Assembly: GCA_035295465.1 (NCBI GenBank)
Contig: DATGIZ010000014.1
Span: forward strand, 78,369 to 142,368
Reading direction: 5' to 3'
Source of the DNA: Candidatus Binatia bacterium
Lineage (GTDB): Bacteria; Desulfobacterota; Binatia; DP-6
DNA length: 64,000 bases
Shown: positions 45,636-54,313 of the stretch, one piece after another
Numbering within the stretch: the stretch's first letter is position 1
Layout of the letters: each line of letters starts with the position of its first letter
Notes under the pieces: generated by a model
The model's input: the letters and a program-made list of their open reading frames with translations, nothing else
What the model was told of the DNA's origin: nothing
The model's database searches: none
Translations under genes and position numbers: made by a program

Positions 45636-46775
45636 ATGGGCTCGCGCTTGCACGCCCGCGCCCGCCGCGACCTTCCGCCACCGGCCGCCCCGTTCGAGGC
45701 GCTCGTCGAGAACAGCCCGGCGGTCGCGTTCCTCAAGGACGCGCACGGCCGCCACCTCTACGTCAACCGGGCCTTCGAGCGGGCGTTCGACCGCCCGCGC
45801 GCCACCGCGGTCGGCCTCACCGACGTCGACCTCTTCTCCGCCGAGATCGCGCGCGAGCTGCGCGCCAACGACGCCCGCGTGCTGGCGGCCGACGAGACCG
45901 TCGAGCTGCACGAGACCGTCCCAGCCGCGGACGGCACGCTCTGCCACTGGCTGGTGCTCAAGTTCCCCGTCGACGGGCCGAACGGCGAGCGGCTGATCGG
46001 CGGCATGGCCGTCGACGTCACCGCCCAGCACCAGGCGGCGGAGACGCTGCAGCGGGCGAGCCAGGCCGCGGTCGACGTCGCCCGCATCCGCTCGGAGTTC
46101 ATCGCCAACGTGAGCCACGAGCTGCGCACGCCGCTCAACGTCGTCCTCGGGTTCACGGACCTCGTGCTGGAGACCGAGCTCACCGCCGAGCAACGCCGCC
46201 ACCTGGAGACCGTCCGCGCGGCGTCCGTCGATCTCCTCGGGCTGATCGGCGACATCCTCGACCTCTCGACGATCGACGCGGGCAAGCTCACGATCGCGCC
46301 GGTGCCGACGAGGTTGGAGGCGTTCCTGCCCGCCACGCTCGAGCCCCTGGCGCCGGTCGCCCGGCAGAAGGGGCTCACGCTCACCTGGGCCGTCGAGCCC
46401 GGCGTCCCCGACCCGGTGCTCGTCGATCCGGTGCGCCTGCGCCAGGTGCTGGTGAACCTCGTCGGCAACGGGCTCAAGTTCACGGAGCGCGGCGGCGTCA
46501 CGGTCCGCGTGAGCCGGGACGGGTCAAGCGACGCGGTCACGCTGCGCTTCGCCGTCGCCGACACGGGTATCGGCATCGCCCCCGACCGCCAGCAGGCGAT
46601 CTTCGAGCCATTCGTCCAAGGCGACGGCTCCACGACCCGGCGATACGGCGGCACGGGCCTCGGCCTCACGATCGCCGCGCGGCTCGTCGAGCTGATGGGC
46701 GGTGACGTCCGGGTCGAGAGCGCGCCCGGGCGGGGAAGCACGTTCCACTTCACCGTGAGCGCGCAGCCCCGGTAG
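45636..46775 (+). CDS. PAS-domain sensor histidine kinase
   Basis: 379 aa from MGSRLHAR; PAS region; H-box FIANVSHELRTPLN; HATPase N, G1, G2 boxes (LVNLVGNGLKFT, DTGIGI, GGTGLGL). Confidence 0.85.
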   Translation: MGSRLHARARRDLPPPAAPFEALVENSPAVAFLKDAHGRHLYVNRAFERAFDRPRATAVGLTDVDLFSAEIARELRANDARVLAADETVELHETVPAADGTLCHWLVLKFPVDGPNGERLIGGMAVDVTAQHQAAETLQRASQAAVDVARIRSEFIANVSHELRTPLNVVLGFTDLVLETELTAEQRRHLETVRAASVDLLGLIGDILDLSTIDAGKLTIAPVPTRLEAFLPATLEPLAPVARQKGLTLTWAVEPGVPDPVLVDPVRLRQVLVNLVGNGLKFTERGGVTVRVSRDGSSDAVTLRFAVADTGIGIAPDRQQAIFEPFVQGDGSTTRRYGGTGLGLTIAARLVELMGGDVRVESAPGRGSTFHFTVSAQPR

Positions 46776-46781
46776 CCGCTC

Positions 46782-48608
46782 TCACCCGGAGGCGCGGTCG
46801 GACGGCGTACCCGGGGCGTACATCGCCTCGAGCTGCGCCCGGTAGCGGTCGATGCACACCCGTCGCTTGACCTTCAACGTGGGCGTGAGCTGATCGCCCA
46901 CCTCGAAGTCGTGGTCGAGGATCGCGACGCGCTTGAGCGTCGAGTAGCTCGGGAGCTGACGGTTGAGCTGATCGACCGCGCGCTGGATCTCCTCGGCGAG
47001 GTCGGGATGGCGCGTGAGCGCCGCGTAGTCCGGCTCGGCGACGCCCCGCGCGCGCGCCCACGCCAGCACCGCGTCGCCGTCGAGGGTCACCAGCGCCGTG
47101 AGATACCGCTGCATGTCCCCGTGCACGACCACCTGGCTGATCAGCGGGTGGATGCTCTTGAGCGCGTTCTCGATGTTCTGCGGCGCGATGTTCTTGCCGC
47201 CGGCCGTGACGATGATGTCCTTCTTCCGATCCGTGATGCGGAGCAGCCCCTCGCCGTCGAGCGTGCCGATGTCGCCGCTGTGGAACCAGCCGTCGGGGTC
47301 GAGGACCTCGCGGGTGTCCGCCTCCCGGCGCCAGTAGCCGCGCATGACGCCGCGGCCCCGGATCAGGACCTCACCGTCGGGTGCGATGCGGACCTCGGTG
47401 CCCGGCAGCGGCGGGCCGACGCTCCCCGGCACCACGTGGTCGGGCCGGTTGATGCACGTGCCGGCCGAGGTCTCCGTGAGCCCGTAGCCCTCGCACACCG
47501 TCACGCCGGCGTGCTGGAAGAACCGGGCGATGTCGGGGGCGAGCGGAGCGCCGCCGGACACGCAGAAGCGCAGCCGCCCGCCGAAGCGCGCGTGGAGCCG
47601 CCGCCCGATCGCGCCGTAGACGAGCGTGCGGGCGACCGCCCAGCCGAGCCCGCGCGGCCTGCCCCCCGCCGCCTCGACCGCCGCCGCCTCCCGACCCTTG
47701 GCGAGGCCCCAGCGGGCGAGACGCCCGCCCAGGCCGGGCGCCCGCTCGACGTCCTCGACGACGCGCGCGTGAACCTTCTCGAGGATGCGGGGCACCGCGG
47801 CGAAGACCGTCGGGCGGACCTCGCCAAGATCGTCGACGATCTTCGTCTGATCCCGCTGCCAGAACGCCATCACGTGGCCGGTCGCGAACCAGGCGACCTC
47901 GAGCACCCTGGCGAACGCGTGCGCCAACGGGAGGAAGAGATACTCCACGTCCTCGGGGCCGACCATGCCGATCGCCCGGATGGCCTCGGCCTCGTAGAGC
48001 ATGCAGTCGTGCGTCAGGACCGCGCCCTTGGGCGGGCCCGTGGTCCCCGAGGTGTAGATGATCGTCAGCACCGCGTCGGGGCCGAGGCCGGCCGCCCGCG
48101 CCGCGACGTCGCCCCCGCGGTCGGCGAGCCAGGCGTCGCCCGCCGCGAGGAGGTCGTCCCAGGCGACCTCCCACGCGCCGCCCCGGTCGACCGCGCCGCC
48201 GTCGAGACAGACGACCGTGCGCACGCCGGGGATCCCGGCCCGGACGCGCCGTAGCTTCGCGAGCTGCGTCCCGTCCTCGACGAGCACCACGCTCGCGTCG
48301 GCGTCGCGCAGGATGTACTCGCACTCCGCGGCGAGATTCGACTGGTAGATCGGAACGGTCACGGCCGCGGCGCCCATGATCCCCAGGTCGGCGAGGCACC
48401 ATTCGAGCCGCGTGTTGCTGAGCAGGCCCACGCGGTCGCCGGGGGCGACACCCAGGCTCATCAGGCCGGCCGTCAGGCGGTCCGCCGTCGCCGCCATCTC
48501 GGCCCATGTGACGTCGCGCCACGCACCGGCGACCTTGTGGCGCGCGGCCACCGCCGCCGGCCGGGCGCTCGCCGTCTCCCGGAACAGCGCGTGCACGCTG
48601 CGCGCCAT
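46782..48608 (-). CDS. long-chain fatty-acid-CoA ligase (AMP-dependent synthetase)
   Basis: 608 aa from MARSVHALFRE; AMP-binding motif IIYTSGTTGPPKGAVLTH, GYGLTE, and C-terminal TAGGKNIAPQ. Confidence 0.85.
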   Translation of the reverse strand: MARSVHALFRETASARPAAVAARHKVAGAWRDVTWAEMAATADRLTAGLMSLGVAPGDRVGLLSNTRLEWCLADLGIMGAAAVTVPIYQSNLAAECEYILRDADASVVLVEDGTQLAKLRRVRAGIPGVRTVVCLDGGAVDRGGAWEVAWDDLLAAGDAWLADRGGDVAARAAGLGPDAVLTIIYTSGTTGPPKGAVLTHDCMLYEAEAIRAIGMVGPEDVEYLFLPLAHAFARVLEVAWFATGHVMAFWQRDQTKIVDDLGEVRPTVFAAVPRILEKVHARVVEDVERAPGLGGRLARWGLAKGREAAAVEAAGGRPRGLGWAVARTLVYGAIGRRLHARFGGRLRFCVSGGAPLAPDIARFFQHAGVTVCEGYGLTETSAGTCINRPDHVVPGSVGPPLPGTEVRIAPDGEVLIRGRGVMRGYWRREADTREVLDPDGWFHSGDIGTLDGEGLLRITDRKKDIIVTAGGKNIAPQNIENALKSIHPLISQVVVHGDMQRYLTALVTLDGDAVLAWARARGVAEPDYAALTRHPDLAEEIQRAVDQLNRQLPSYSTLKRVAILDHDFEVGDQLTPTLKVKRRVCIDRYRAQLEAMYAPGTPSDRASG

Positions 48609-48701
48609 GTGCCCCAGAGAAGAGCCCCTCGCGGCTTCCCCGTCAATACGGGGGCGCCCGCCCGCGTTCTCCTCCGCCGGCGCCCGTGCTAGGGGAGCGG
48701 C

Positions 48702-49343
48702 ATGGGCGCGCTCTCGATCGACGAGCGCTTCTCGGCGGTGCATACGCTGACCGACGGAACCCGCGTGCGGCTGCGGATGCTGCGGCCCGAGGACCGCGAG
48801 CGGTTGCGTGCGGGCTTCGAGCGCCTCTCGCCGCAGTCGCGATACCGCCGCTTCCTCTCGCCGACGCCGCGGCTCACCGAGCGGATGCTCACCTACCTGA
48901 CGCACGCCGACGGCCGGGACCACGTCGCGATCGGAGCGGAGCGCGTCGAGCCCGATGGGCGCGGCGGCGAGGGGCTCGGGGTGGCGCGCTTCATCCGTCT
49001 CGCCGACGCGCCCGACACCGCGGAAGCGGCGGTGGCCGTGGTGGACGACGTGCAGGGACGGGGCCTCGGGCGCCTCCTGCTGGCGACGCTGGTCGAGGCA
49101 GCCTGCGAGCGGGGGATCCGGAAGTTCCGCGCCCACGTCCTGCCCGGCAATGCCCCCGTGGACACCCTGCTCGGCGACCTCGCCGGCCGCGTGAGCCCCG
49201 CCGAGGCCGACGGCTTCAGCGCTTACGAGGTGACCCTGCCGCCGGCGGCGGTGCAGGAGTCGGTCCTCTACCGCGTGCTGCGTGCGGCGGCCGCCGGAAT
49301 GGAGCTGGTCCTGCGCACGGTGGGCCTGGGGGAGTCGGACTAG
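48702..49343 (+). CDS. GNAT-family N-acetyltransferase
   Basis: 213 aa; acetyl-CoA-binding motif VQGRGLGRLLL. Confidence 0.75.
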   Translation: MGALSIDERFSAVHTLTDGTRVRLRMLRPEDRERLRAGFERLSPQSRYRRFLSPTPRLTERMLTYLTHADGRDHVAIGAERVEPDGRGGEGLGVARFIRLADAPDTAEAAVAVVDDVQGRGLGRLLLATLVEAACERGIRKFRAHVLPGNAPVDTLLGDLAGRVSPAEADGFSAYEVTLPPAAVQESVLYRVLRAAAAGMELVLRTVGLGESD

Positions 49344-50771
49344 CTAGAATCCGACCCGGTCGCCGAGCGGCGGCCAGCCGAAGTCGTAGGTGAGCTGGAC
49401 GCCCACGATGTCCGCGGAGAGGTTTGTGTAGTCGCCGCGGAGCACGTGGCCGGTCACCGGATCGCGGTTGTTGCTCGCGACATCGGGCGCGAAGAGGTGC
49501 GCGTAGCCCACGTCGAAACGGAGGTTGGTGAAGGGGCGGAACCCGACGCCGGCGGCGAGCCAGATGCGGTCCGAGTCCGGGATGCGCGGTGTGCGGTTCT
49601 GCGCGTCGGGCACCGGCGTCTCGTCGTACGCGGTGCCGAGCCGGAACTCCCAGGGGGTCCGCGGCGTCCAGCGAACGCCCACCGCGTAGCGGAAGGCGTC
49701 GTTCCAGTTCTCGGGCTGGACGATCGGCGGCTGCTTCGGGTTGTCGAACCGAAAGACGAGCGACTGAAAGCGCGACCAGTGCGTCCAGGTGATGTCGCTC
49801 AGCAACGCCCAGTGCGGGGTCAGCTCGTGGAACGCGCCGAGCGACACGCGCTCGGGGAGGTCCACCGCGGCGTGCCCGCCCGTGTCGACGAGAGCGCCGG
49901 AAACCTTCTGGAGTATCTGTCCCTGTTTCGGCAGGAAGAAGCTCGCCGTGCCGCCGAGGTCGTGGTGGATGTAGGAGCGGTAGGCCAGGCCGACCCGGGT
50001 GCGGGGCGACGGCGTGTACATGAAGCCCACGTTGTAGCCCGCGTTCCAGTCGTCGCCGCTCACCTTGACGAAGCCGTCGGCCCGCTGCGGCCGCAGCCCG
50101 AGCGCGTTGCAGAACGTCGCGGGGATGCCGCGCTCGGCGCCGAAGATGTCGCAGACCGAGCCCAGGTCGAGGTTGTTGGTGAGCCGTGCCTTCGCGTACT
50201 CGATGTCCGCGCCGCCGCCGATCGAGAGCCAGTCGGTGAGCCGGATGGCGAGGCTCGGGTTGACGTTCACGGTCTCGAGCTTCGAGGAGAGCGCATGATA
50301 GCGGCCCACCCAGCCCTTCTCGTACGAGTCCGCGAGCCCGAACGGCGTGCTCACGCCGAGCCCTACCCGTACGCGCGACGTCAGCTCGTGGGCGAGAAAG
50401 AACGTCGGGAGCAGGGAGAGCTGTGCCGGGTCGCCGCCGTTGCCGCCGACGAGCGTCCCGCCCCCGACCGCGGGGTTGAGCGTCGAGCCATCGTTGCGGA
50501 ACGTGGCGTGGGGGCCGATGATCGCGAAGCCCGAGGCGACGAACTGCGTACCCGACAGCAGCGTGAGCCCGGCGGGGTTGTAGAAGATCGTGCTCGCGTC
50601 CTCTGCCGCGGCCACCTCCCCGGCGTGCGCGCTGCCGAGGCCGCGGGCGCTCTGCTCGGAGACGGCGAAGCCCCCCGCGCCCGCCTCCGGCGGCCCGGCG
50701 AGGAGCGCGAGGAGGACGGCCGTGGCGGCCGGCCAGGTGGCACGGCGGGTCGGGGCGGCGGGGGCGAGCAC
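49344..50771 (-). CDS. fadL: outer-membrane long-chain fatty acid transporter (FadL/OmpP1 family)
   Basis: about 475 aa from in-frame GTG (signal peptide ATAVLLALLAGPPEAGA); FadL-like N-terminal hatch motif (SAHAGEVAAAEDASTIFYNPAGL), C-terminal Phe. Confidence 0.8.
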   Translation of the reverse strand: MLAPAAPTRRATWPAATAVLLALLAGPPEAGAGGFAVSEQSARGLGSAHAGEVAAAEDASTIFYNPAGLTLLSGTQFVASGFAIIGPHATFRNDGSTLNPAVGGGTLVGGNGGDPAQLSLLPTFFLAHELTSRVRVGLGVSTPFGLADSYEKGWVGRYHALSSKLETVNVNPSLAIRLTDWLSIGGGADIEYAKARLTNNLDLGSVCDIFGAERGIPATFCNALGLRPQRADGFVKVSGDDWNAGYNVGFMYTPSPRTRVGLAYRSYIHHDLGGTASFFLPKQGQILQKVSGALVDTGGHAAVDLPERVSLGAFHELTPHWALLSDITWTHWSRFQSLVFRFDNPKQPPIVQPENWNDAFRYAVGVRWTPRTPWEFRLGTAYDETPVPDAQNRTPRIPDSDRIWLAAGVGFRPFTNLRFDVGYAHLFAPDVASNNRDPVTGHVLRGDYTNLSADIVGVQLTYDFGWPPLGDRVGF

Positions 50772-50937
50772 GCTTTCTCTCCATCGTCCCTGCTGGCCCG
50801 GGAGCGCAAGTCCCGTCTTGACGGGGGCGCGGCTCTTCCGAAGCCTGCGAGGCGTCCCGCGGGGTCTTCCCGCCGGCAGCAACGCGGGCGGCCGACACCG
50901 CCGTGCACCGCTGGCACGCGACCTGCTGCCCTCCTGC

Positions 50938-52932
50938 ATGACCGATCTGCGGGATGCGCGCGAGCGCATGGTCCGCACGCAGATCGCCGCGCGCGGCATC
51001 CGCGACCCGGCGGTGCTCGACGCGCTGCGCACGGTCCCCCGCGAAGCCTTCCTGCCACCTGCCCTCGCCGAGTTCGCCTACGAGGACCACCCCCTGCCCA
51101 TCGCCCACGGCCAGACCATCTCACAGCCGTACGTGGTGGCGTTGATGGCGGTGGCGCTCCGCCTTCGCGGCGAGGATCGCGTGCTCGAGGTCGGCACCGG
51201 CTCCGGCTACGCGGCCGCGATCCTCGGGCGTATCGCACGCGAGGTGTACACGATCGAGCGGCACGCCGAGCTTGCCGCCGCGGCCGCCGCCCGCCTGCGC
51301 GACCTCGGGTTCGACCACGTCCACGTCCGGCACGGCGACGGCACGCTCGGCTGGCCGGAGCACGCTCCCTACGACGCGATCGTCGTCACCGCCGGCGGGC
51401 CTCGCATCCCCGAGGCGCTGCTCGAGCAGCTCGCGGTCGGCGGACGGCTGGTCATCCCGATCGGCGAGGAGAAGGCGCTGCAGACGCTGGTGCGCGTGAC
51501 CCGCGAGGCCGACGGCCGGCTGCGACAGGAAGACCTCGGCGACGTGCGCTTCGTGCCCCTGATCGGGGCGCAGGGGTGGGCCGAGGAGGAGTGGAACGGA
51601 CGGCCCGCGCGGCGCACGAGCCCTCCCCCGACCGTCGCCCGCCTGCTGCGTGAAACCGCCGAGCCGCTCACCACGTTGACCCCCGACGCCGACCTGGGCG
51701 CGCTGATCGAGCGCATCGGCGACGCGCGCCTCGTGCTCATCGGCGAGGCGACCCACGGGACGTCGGAGTTCTACGCGCTACGGGCCGAGCTCACGAAGGC
51801 GTTGATCCGCGCGTGTGGCTTCACGATCGTCGCCGCCGAGGCGGACTGGCCCGACGCCGCGCGCATCCACCGCTACGTCCGGGGCATGCCCGCGGCGGAG
51901 GTCCCGCGCTGGCGCGCCTTCGCGCGCTTCCCGGCGTGGATGTGGCGCAACCACGAGGTGCTGGCCTTCGTCGAGTGGCTGCGCGCGTGGAACGGCGCGC
52001 ACGCGCCGGTCGGCTTCTACGGCCTCGACCTCTACAGCATGTACCGCTCGCTCCGGCTGGTGCTCGAGTACCTCGATCGGGTGGACCCGGAGACCGCGCG
52101 CATCGCGCGCGAGCGCTACGGACGGCTCACGCCTTGGGAGGGCGACCCCGCCACCTACGGCCGCGCGGTGCTCAGCGGACGCTACCAGGGATGCGAGGCG
52201 GAGGTGGTGGCGATGCTGCGCGACCTCCTCGCCCGCGAGCTCGAATACGCCGCGCGCGACGGCGAGCACTTCCTCGACGCGGTCGGCAACGCGCGCGTGG
52301 TCGCCAACGCCGAGCGCTACTACCGCGCGCTGTACTACGGCGGCGTCGAGTCCTGGAACCAGCGCGATCGGCACATGTTCGAGACCCTCGAGGCGCTGCT
52401 GCGCTTCCACGGACCCGAGGCGAAGGCGATCCTCTGGGAGCACAACTCGCACCTGGGCGACGCCGCGGCGACCGAGATGGGCGTCCGCGGCGAGATCAAC
52501 GTCGGCCACCTCTGCCGCCGCGCGTTCGGCGACCGCGCCTACCTGGTCGGCTTCGGCACCGACCACGGCACGGTCGGCGCCGCGCACGACTGGGACGGAC
52601 CGATGGAGGTCATGACCGTGCGGCCGGCCCATCCCGAGAGCTACGAGCGCCTGTGCCACGACACGGGCCTCGGGGCGTTTTTCCTTCACCTCCGGACCCC
52701 GGCGCGCGACGCGGTGCGCGCCGAGCTGGCGCCGGCACGCCTCGAGCGCGCGATCGGCGTCGTCTACCGCCCCGACACCGAGCTGCAGAGCCACTACTTC
52801 CACGCGGCGTTGCCCTACCAGTTCGACGAGTACGTCTGGTTCGACGCGACCCGGGCGGTGCGCCCGGTGACCGACGCGGAGGCGCGCGGGCTGCCGCGCG
52901 CCCATCCGTTCGCGCCCTACGGGCCCCCGTGA
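50938..52932 (+). CDS. pcm: protein-L-isoaspartate O-methyltransferase fused to erythromycin-esterase-like (EreA/ChaN-like) domain
   Basis: 664 aa from MTDLRDARERMV; N-terminal Pcm SAM-MTase motifs (LEVGTGSGYAAAIL, HGQTISQPYVVALM); C-terminal ~400 aa with Ere-like segments (LVLIGEATHGTSEFY, WEHNSHLGDAAATEMG). Confidence 0.8.
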   Translation: MTDLRDARERMVRTQIAARGIRDPAVLDALRTVPREAFLPPALAEFAYEDHPLPIAHGQTISQPYVVALMAVALRLRGEDRVLEVGTGSGYAAAILGRIAREVYTIERHAELAAAAAARLRDLGFDHVHVRHGDGTLGWPEHAPYDAIVVTAGGPRIPEALLEQLAVGGRLVIPIGEEKALQTLVRVTREADGRLRQEDLGDVRFVPLIGAQGWAEEEWNGRPARRTSPPPTVARLLRETAEPLTTLTPDADLGALIERIGDARLVLIGEATHGTSEFYALRAELTKALIRACGFTIVAAEADWPDAARIHRYVRGMPAAEVPRWRAFARFPAWMWRNHEVLAFVEWLRAWNGAHAPVGFYGLDLYSMYRSLRLVLEYLDRVDPETARIARERYGRLTPWEGDPATYGRAVLSGRYQGCEAEVVAMLRDLLARELEYAARDGEHFLDAVGNARVVANAERYYRALYYGGVESWNQRDRHMFETLEALLRFHGPEAKAILWEHNSHLGDAAATEMGVRGEINVGHLCRRAFGDRAYLVGFGTDHGTVGAAHDWDGPMEVMTVRPAHPESYERLCHDTGLGAFFLHLRTPARDAVRAELAPARLERAIGVVYRPDTELQSHYFHAALPYQFDEYVWFDATRAVRPVTDAEARGLPRAHPFAPYGPP

Positions 52933-53843
52933 GCACGCCGCGACATCTCCTCGTCGGGCTCGACGGCTCGCCGCTGGCCGAGACGATCCTCGGCACCGTA
53001 GGCGGCCTCGCCACGCGTCTGCACGCGGAGGTGACGCTGCTGCACGTGACGCCGGTGCCCGCGGGCGCCGGCGCGGCCGAGCCGGACGCCACCCTCGATC
53101 GGATGGTCGCCGAAGAGGTCCGGCGGGCCCGCCGCTATCTCGACGACGTCACGCTGCGGCTCGCCCGCGGCGGTCCGACCGTGCGCACGGCGGTCGCCAC
53201 GGGCGATCCCGCCACCGAGATCGTCCGCCACGCCGAGCGCGCGCACGCCGACGTGATCGCGCTCGCGACGCACGGTCGCACCGGCGTGCGGCGCTGGCTC
53301 CACGGCAGCGTCGCGGATGCGGTGCTCCACACGGCCACTACCCCGCTGCTCCTGCTGCGCCCGGCCCGCGACGAAGCCGCGCCGAGGGTCGAGATCCGCC
53401 GGTTGGTGGCGGCGGTCGACGGCTCCCCCGCCGCCGAGGCGGCGCTCCCCGTCGTCGAGGATCTCGCCCGCGCCCTCGGCGTGCCCGTCCTGCTCCTGCG
53501 CGTGGTCGAGCCCATCGACCTCGCCTTCGGCGCCGACCCTTTCGGCGGCGCCTACGTCGACCAGGCCCGGGTCCTCGAGCGGCTCCGGGAGGGCGCCGAG
53601 CGCCACCTCGCCAAGCTCGCCGTCGGTCTCCGCGCCGCCGGGATCGTCGTCGAGACCTTGGCACCGGTCGGCACCCCGGTCGATACCATCGCCGCCGTGA
53701 CGCGGCGGCATCCGGGGAGCCTGCTCGTCCTCGGCACGCACGGTCGCACGGGGTGGCGCGCCGCGGCGCTCGGCAGCGTCGCCCGGCGCGTCGTGCTCGC
53801 CGTGGAAAGCCCCGTGCTGGTCGTGCGCCGCCCCGGGCGCTGA
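52929..53843 (+). CDS. tandem-domain universal stress protein (UspA x2)
   Basis: 304 aa from GTG overlapping pcm stop (GTGA); two USP domains each ending in ATHGRTG...GSV motif. Confidence 0.85.
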   Translation: MSTPRHLLVGLDGSPLAETILGTVGGLATRLHAEVTLLHVTPVPAGAGAAEPDATLDRMVAEEVRRARRYLDDVTLRLARGGPTVRTAVATGDPATEIVRHAERAHADVIALATHGRTGVRRWLHGSVADAVLHTATTPLLLLRPARDEAAPRVEIRRLVAAVDGSPAAEAALPVVEDLARALGVPVLLLRVVEPIDLAFGADPFGGAYVDQARVLERLREGAERHLAKLAVGLRAAGIVVETLAPVGTPVDTIAAVTRRHPGSLLVLGTHGRTGWRAAALGSVARRVVLAVESPVLVVRRPGR

Positions 53844-53868
53844 TCGCGAGCAGCCGCCCGTCTCGAAG

Positions 53869-54129
53869 TTACGGCGAACCGCGGGCGACTCGGCCGGCCG
53901 TCGCCGCCGTGTGGGTGTAGACGGCGGCCCAGCCCCACCGCTCGGAGGCCCGCCGCATGGCCTCGTGCCGCGGGTCGAGGGGGCGCAGCGGGGGCACGCC
54001 GCGGACGAGCCCCGCGCCGCCCTCGGCGCAGCCGTTGACGGGCGCGGCGCGCTTCTTCGACGCCGTGCGCCACAGCTTGCTGACGAGGAGGAGCAGCGTT
54101 GCGGGGATCGCGGCCATTGGCCTTCCCAC
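53869..54129 (-). CDS. hypothetical small membrane protein
   Basis: 86 aa ORF in the usp/lon intergenic region with one hydrophobic helix (AAIPATLLLLVSKLW); could be non-coding. Confidence 0.3.
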   Translation of the reverse strand: MGRPMAAIPATLLLLVSKLWRTASKKRAAPVNGCAEGGAGLVRGVPPLRPLDPRHEAMRRASERWGWAAVYTHTAATAGRVARGSP

Positions 54130-54313
54130 GCTCGTTTTCGCTTAGCGAGAACGATGCCACCCGCTCCCGGATGCCGGACGAGACGCGCGCTCCCGTCCGT
54201 GCTAGGAGAGCCGGGCACGTCCTTCGCGCCACCGGGAACGGACCGCGACATCGCATGCTCGCCAACCATGGCATGGAGCCTGCTGAGCCCGGCATGCGGG
54301 CCGGCATCGAGGC

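Noticed and set aside
44945-46705. 586-aa + strand ORF spanning the response regulator and histidine kinase region
   Set aside because: Antisense to the RR gene and out of frame with the HK, which has clear H-box and ATPase motifs in another frame.
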